From IMG/VR virus record IMGVR_UViG_3300020577_007897: a stretch of DNA of 64,000 nucleotides; one strand, written 5' to 3'. The DNA comes from a virus (taxonomy: Duplodnaviria > Heunggongvirae > Uroviricota > Caudoviricetes). Of this stretch, positions 63,079 to 64,000 are shown piece by piece (the stretch's first letter is position 1; each line of letters opens with the position of its first letter). Position numbers and translations under genes: made by a program. The notes beneath the pieces were generated by a model that saw only the letters and a program-made list of their open reading frames with translations, had not been told where the DNA came from and made no database searches.

Positions 63079-64000
63079 ATGGGTAAGCCAATAGGTCAAA
63101 CTTTTTATGTTAATGAACCCCCACCACCGCTGGGTGCTGCAGGTGTGTTCTTGACCAAGGTTGACATTTTCTTTAAAGAAGTATCAGATACATATGGTAT
63201 TGAGTTGCAGATTCGTAAGACTGAAAACGGTCTGCCAACTGCATCTCGACTACCATTTGCTACAAAAGTACTGCCAGCTGCTAATTGTGTTGCAAGCAAC
63301 ACTGCTGCACTCGCGACTACGTTTGAATTTGATACTCCTGTGTTTCTTCCATCTAATGATCTTTATGCACTGGTACTAATGCCTGTTGGAGGTAACCCTG
63401 ACTATCTAGCATGGACAGGTACTATCAGTGAAACAGATATCTCAACAAACACACCAATCTTTGTTAACAACTCGACTGGCGATCTATTCATTTCGTCAAA
63501 CGATCTAAGCTGGCAGCCAGTTTATAATGAAGACTTAAAGTTTAATCTTTATATTGCTAACTTTACTTCTACAACCGGTAAGGCATACTTCCGCTCGCCA
63601 AATGAAGAGTGGTTTGTATATCGTAATCTTGTTGGTAACTTTATTCCACGTGAAACAATCTACTTTGGTAATACACCAGCAACAGCTGTAGTGTTTAATA
63701 TTTCAAGCTTGTCTGGTACATTTACTGCAGGTGACACTGCATATCAAGGCAACAGCTCATATATTGTAAAGGGTATTGTTACTTCAGCAAACAGCACGGT
63801 AATCAAGCTTAAGAACACTACAGGTGCGTTCTCTAATACCACTTTGTTTAATGCTAATGCTGCGGCTAACTGTGTAGCCAACGTTGTACTTCAGTATAAC
63901 TCTACAACAGCTACATCAAATGTAATTAGTGTTCCCGATTCATCGCTATTTGCGGCTGGTAATTCATACATATATGTACAGACAAACAATCGTTCGAACA
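63079..64000 (+). CDS. structural protein, N-terminal fragment (open to window end)
   Basis: RBS AAGGAAAA sits 5 nt before ATG 63079. No in-frame stop through nt 64000 (>=307 codons). It is absent from the ORF track only because it is unterminated. Confidence 0.55.
   Translation, partial: MGKPIGQTFYVNEPPPPLGAAGVFLTKVDIFFKEVSDTYGIELQIRKTENGLPTASRLPFATKVLPAANCVASNTAALATTFEFDTPVFLPSNDLYALVLMPVGGNPDYLAWTGTISETDISTNTPIFVNNSTGDLFISSNDLSWQPVYNEDLKFNLYIANFTSTTGKAYFRSPNEEWFVYRNLVGNFIPRETIYFGNTPATAVVFNISSLSGTFTAGDTAYQGNSSYIVKGIVTSANSTVIKLKNTTGAFSNTTLFNANAAANCVANVVLQYNSTTATSNVISVPDSSLFAAGNSYIYVQTNNRSN

Noticed and set aside
1-64000. CRISPR arrays, integrase/attachment sites, IS elements, rRNA
   Set aside because: No spaced direct repeats, tyrosine or serine recombinase motifs, terminal inverted repeats or rRNA-like stretches were seen. 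The tmRNA-like locus is not flanked by an integrase, so it is not interpreted as an attP.

Overview
This window is a dense, mostly plus-strand segment of a T4-like (Straboviridae-type) myovirus genome. Recognisable T4 core homologs are RNase H (rnh), gp59, gp32, gp4, gp25, gp6, a GroES/gp31-like co-chaperonin and an ATP-dependent ligase. The left 39 kb is an early/middle hyperplastic region with about 90 short, often overlapping ORFs and two tRNAs (Gly-UCC, Met-CAT). It carries three freestanding homing endonucleases (two HNH, one GIY-YIG/NUMOD3) and an NAD+ salvage pair (NadM-Nudix plus NadV). It also holds a contiguous seven-gene nucleotide-sugar (heptose-type) biosynthesis and transfer cluster, a PhoH-like ATPase, an SPFH/band-7 protein, a split polynucleotide kinase/phosphatase, a SAM decarboxylase (speD-like) and several sigma70-like early promoters sharing one architecture. 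At 34.7-35.1 kb, in a 420-bp ORF-free gap, the sequence shows the hallmarks of a circularly permuted (two-piece) tmRNA gene: an upstream T-arm/CCACCA acceptor piece, a downstream GGGCCUG 5' acceptor strand, and a tag reading frame ANDNVASEEGTGGFRLAA followed by a stop. Such a tag suggests an alphaproteobacterium-like host. After a bidirectional terminator at 39.7 kb comes a minus-strand late block. It contains an M15 peptidase, an HNH, a 1364-aa virion protein with an amidase_2/PGRP-like domain and Pro/Gln-rich low complexity, tail-tube-family proteins, and gp4. From 48.0 kb a divergent TATAAATA (T4 late-type) promoter region opens a plus-strand baseplate/tail-fibre module that runs off the window end. 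No CRISPR arrays, integrases or rRNA are evident. All functional calls rest on motifs read by eye and have not been checked against any database.
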